Both the position numbers and the translations under genes were made by a program. Shown in pieces: positions 60,356 through 64,000 of a stretch of 64,000 bases of DNA. Each line of letters starts with the position of its first letter. Positions within the stretch are counted from its first letter, which is position 1. Location of the stretch: contig NC_088802.1 of assembly GCF_011386835.1 (NCBI RefSeq), forward strand, positions 54,622,001 through 54,686,000. The letters are read 5' to 3'. Source of the stretch: Chrysemys picta bellii. Its lineage: Eukaryota. The notes beneath the pieces were generated by a model that had not been told where the DNA came from, ran no database searches, and worked only from the letters and a program-made list of their open reading frames with translations.

Positions 60356-61771
60356 TAGGGTACACTTGTAGGCCCAGTTAGTATGACATCTCATACGGTC
60401 CTGGCGTTGTATAGGGTGCAGCAGGCAAACCAGGTTCTCGACACACTGGTTTATATTTCTCAAACCTGTCGATTGCCGGAGCTTCCACACCGTTCACATG
60501 CTTCATTACCATGCACCACATCTGTCTGCATTCAGAGTAACTCCACTGGCTGCCATGGGGTTACTCTGGATTTACATCAGCGGTGCTGAGAGCAGGATGT
60601 GGGCCCACATGGGTTGTGTACAGATCTGCTTGGATTTCAGAGAGAGGCTGGCCAGTGCCAGAAAGCATCTCGAATGCTGCAGGTGGTAATCTCTGCGCAC
60701 AGCATGGATTTCCTTCATGGAACCAGCACTTAACAAGCCAGGAATTTATTATTTTCTCCTGATCTTGGCATGCAACTGAAGGTCTCTGTTAGAAGACTGG
60801 GGTGATAATGGCGTGAGATGGTTGTTTGTTGCTAAAGTAGAGTATTTGCAGCATACGCAGGGCTCTTCCCTGGGCAGCCTGCTGGGTTCTCCATTAGTAA
60901 GTGTCAATTATCCAGGGTTGTGTTTTGGCTTCCCTTTCCCTGCTATCCCTGCAGTTGGTTGCTGTCAGAGACAGGAAAAACCAGATTGGAGACTCTAAGG
61001 GATCTCTGATCTCCAGAGCCAGCAGGGGTCTAGCCATGATAAGCATCTTTATCTCTGTGGTGCAAGCCAAGCCGTGCTGTAGTCGTTGAGAATGTGCGTC
61101 GAGCCGGTGGGGGGGCCGCAGTTGATAAGTATCCTGCTCTGTGTGGTTACAAAGCGATGAGGCCAGCAGTGGCTAGAGTTGGGGGGCTGCTTTGACACTG
61201 GCACTGCAGAGCAAACATGGAAGTGCCTTTGCTTTAAGTGTAGCCCTGAAGACAGAGGAGCCGAGCTGTCTATGACCATGTAGGGCTGGGGAAGGCCTGT
61301 TGGATGAGACTCCATCTCTCCAGCAAGGCATCAAGAAATGAACCTCCGTTTACACACACAGTACATGAAGCGTAGGCAAAAACAATAGCTGGTGCATGTC
61401 TAGGGAAATGCCAGTATTCTAGGCAGTCACTTGATCTTCAGCGGATTCCACGCTACTTTTGCCAGCTTCAGGAAGCCGGAGTTGGGCTTGTTCCTAGAAC
61501 AGTGGATCTCGCCAACAGCGCTCTAGTTAATAGTACACCTGCCAGTTTTCAATGCCGGGTTCACTTCTCCTCTTGATGCACGTTGGAAGAAAGTTTGCCC
61601 GCATAACTCCTACGGGCATTACTTGGATCCAACTACACCCTCGCCCTCCACTCATCTAGAGGAGAACAAACCCCCTTCTAGGACCTGCCCTTCATGTGGG
61701 AGATCCTCTCCTGCTGGAAGAGCATCCCCACACCCAGTGACAGTTGCGTTCCACTGTGTTTCCAACCACAG

Positions 61772-61995
61772 CCGACCAAGTTCATGGTGGGGACGGAACA
61801 AGGCGTGGTGATCACCTGTAACCGCAAGGCCAAGACACCTGCGGAAAAGATAGTTGGCACATACAGTGGGCACCATGGCCCCATCTACGCCCTGGCAAGG
61901 AACCCTTTCTTCCCCAAGAATTTCCTGACAGTCGGGGACTGGACTGCTCGGATCTGGTCTGAGGACAGCAAGGAATCATCCATCATGTGGACCAA
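61772..61995 (+). CDS. DNAI2: DNAI2 coding exon 8 ([11 protein letters not shown]...[42 protein letters not shown])
   Basis: CAG| ... AA|GTAGGC, 224 nt. Confidence 0.97.
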
Positions 61996-62489
61996 GTAGG
62001 CGATGGGTTTTATTTTGCACTTACTGTTTCTGTCCCTGATTTATAGGCACAGGATGGGGTTTCAGAAGCATCTCAGTGACAGAGGACCACAATTCTCAGT
62101 TAATTTCAATGGCACTTCAGTGCTGAATCACTGGGCTTTGGAAATCCTGCCTGCGGCCCCTGCGAGTGGTGGTGGCAGGAAATTGTTCCTCCCTCGACAA
62201 TTAGGTTTCTTTAGATATCCCCCTGCAGAGCCACGTAGTGAAGATAGAAGCAGAACAGGAGTGAAGGGACCTGGGTTCACTCTGTGTCCAGTTGTATGTC
62301 CCAGCCCCTGTATATGTCAGAGGCAGCTGCCTAGCGTATCTAGCACAGCAGTGCATGGCGTGTAAAAGCTACGCACTCAGGGAATGTTATGTGGCACTTA
62401 CTCCAATGTAGCATAGCTCTTTCACATGGATTCTTCAGCACCAAATGGTGTGAATGAGTTGTTCTGAGAGCTGCTGGATTTGTTGGCAG

Positions 62490-62625
62490 GTACCACATGG
62501 CTTACCTAACAGATGGGTGCTGGAGCACCATCCGGCCAGCTGTCTTCTTCACAACCAAAATGGACGGGACCCTTGATGTCTGGGACTTCCTCTTCAAACA
62601 GAACAACCCCTCCCTCAGCGTGAAG
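62490..62625 (+). CDS. DNAI2: DNAI2 coding exon 9 ([45 protein letters not shown])
   Basis: CAG| ... AG|GTTGGG, 136 nt. Confidence 0.97.
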
Positions 62626-63211
62626 GTTGGGTCAGAAACACGTCTTCTTTTACCTTTGTGTCTCCTCCTCGCCCGTTGGGTGGGAGCTGCGGGGATCTGA
62701 ACCATTGCAGGGATGTGGTAGGTGCTTCGCAGACCTCTCCCGAGGCCGGTGGAAGGCTGCACCCCGGCAATGATTTGAGTTGCCTGTGTTGAGCTCTGCA
62801 GCAGAAGTGAGTTAGCAAACACATCCTGGCCAGCCCGGCCGTGGAGGAAATCAAGTAGTCAGCCTAAGCTCTGGTGCATACACAGGCACTCACCAGTGTC
62901 TCACTGTTTGGGCAACCCAAACCTGTAGGAAAGAAATGTTCCCGCCAAGCTTTTGCAATGTCCGTGTCTCCAATGTGTCCATCATCGTAGTGGCATTCCC
63001 GTCTGCAGGAGCCAGGCCTCCCTCCTCCCCCATTTAGGCCACGTCACACGTATGTGATAACATCTTTTAAAATCATTTGCAGCGAGTATTAATGACTAGT
63101 GCCTGAGGCGCTTGTGTCAGTCAGTCCTGACGTGCCGAGCCTGCCCTGACACAGGTGCCCTGACTCTCTGGTGATGGGCAGTAAACTCCCCAACTGGTCC
63201 TTCCTCCCCAG

Positions 63212-63358
63212 GTCTGTGACGAGCCTCTCTTCAGCCTGCGTCTGCAGGACAACGGGCGTTTCATTGGCTGTGGTTCTAAGCTGGGCACCGTGACCCTGCT
63301 GGAGGTCTCTTCCGGGCTCTGTACCCTGCAGAGGAACGAGAAGAACCTGGCCACGGCG
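63212..63358 (+). CDS. DNAI2: DNAI2 coding exon 10 ([15 protein letters not shown]...[11 protein letters not shown]); gene continues beyond window
   Basis: CAG| ... CG|GTGAGT, 147 nt. The ten exons total 1494 nt (498 codons) with no stop. Confidence 0.96.
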
Positions 63359-64000
63359 GTGAGTGTCTCGTGCTGCGACTGGCAGCGTGGGCCTGGCTGC
63401 GCTCACCGCCGCAGGTGAGCTCGGGGTCTGCTTTGAACCCGGACGCTTCCAGTCGCCCTCGTAATGTTTGCCAATAGAAACTGGCGTGATGCAAGCGGTT
63501 GGCATGGATTGTCATTAGCGGTTTGGGAGTACGGCTCTGGGGCACCCAGATCATCGATACACAGAAGCTGTCCTGTTTAACTTCAATTGGATTTAAACCA
63601 GATTTAGTTAAACCAGTGCAAAGCCCTGTGTGGATGCACTTATATCTGTTTGTCTGGTTCCGTGGGTTTCACTTTGCCCCCAGGCGTAGCTAACCTAGGT
63701 AAGAGCATCCACACACAACGTTGCACCAGTTTGAAAATGGGTTTCAAATCAAACCTGCTGTTAAACCAGTGCAGCGTTGAGTGTAGTCCAGGCTTCCCAC
63801 GGGGTCTCTCTGGCAATAGGACAGTGCAGTGTCAGGAGGGGTACAGAGGTAGGCTATCCTGGGCCCATGCTGCAAAAAGGGGGGCATTCTGGTGGCATTC
63901 CAGGTCTCACTAACACCAGGGACATGGACCCCTGCGTTCTCCAGCCTTCCGCCTCTGCGCTGTGCGGGGCTGGCGCTCTCCACTCCCCTGGCGTGTGGAG

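Noticed and set aside
16990-61260. Other CTGA(T/A)GA heptamers (near 16996, 20181, 49960, 59238, 61245) as hammerhead cores
   Set aside because: None is followed by a stem-loop plus GAAA with a matching stem I.

Overview
Vertebrate genomic DNA, most likely turtle; this is inferred from repeat families recognised from memory, not from a database search. It holds two spliced genes on the + strand. TTYH2 is complete: 14 coding exons, 1183..41165, 1611 nt, 536 aa, all introns GT-AG with consistent phases. DNAI2 is partial: 10 coding exons (498 codons) from 48618, continuing past the window end, with a CpG-island promoter near 46.5-47.3 kb carrying YY1, palindromic E-box and RFX X-box motifs. The tandem TTYH2-DNAI2 order matches the human locus as I recall it. 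Nearly all long ORFs in the track are artefacts of GC-rich minisatellites or decayed LINEs. Best leads: (1) two short palindromic insertions, each with a 13-bp target-site duplication, carry minimal type I hammerhead-ribozyme motifs on the pre-mRNA strand, with compensatory stem II changes between the copies; (2) the TTYH2 PPxY motif is split exactly by intron 13, whose weak donor reads through to VRWASEAKSFL plus a double stop, which would swap the PY motif for a PDZ-type end; (3) a strong-context upstream ORF would overlap the DNAI2 start; (4) a nested LTR stack lies in one DNAI2 intron. No function can be confirmed from sequence alone.
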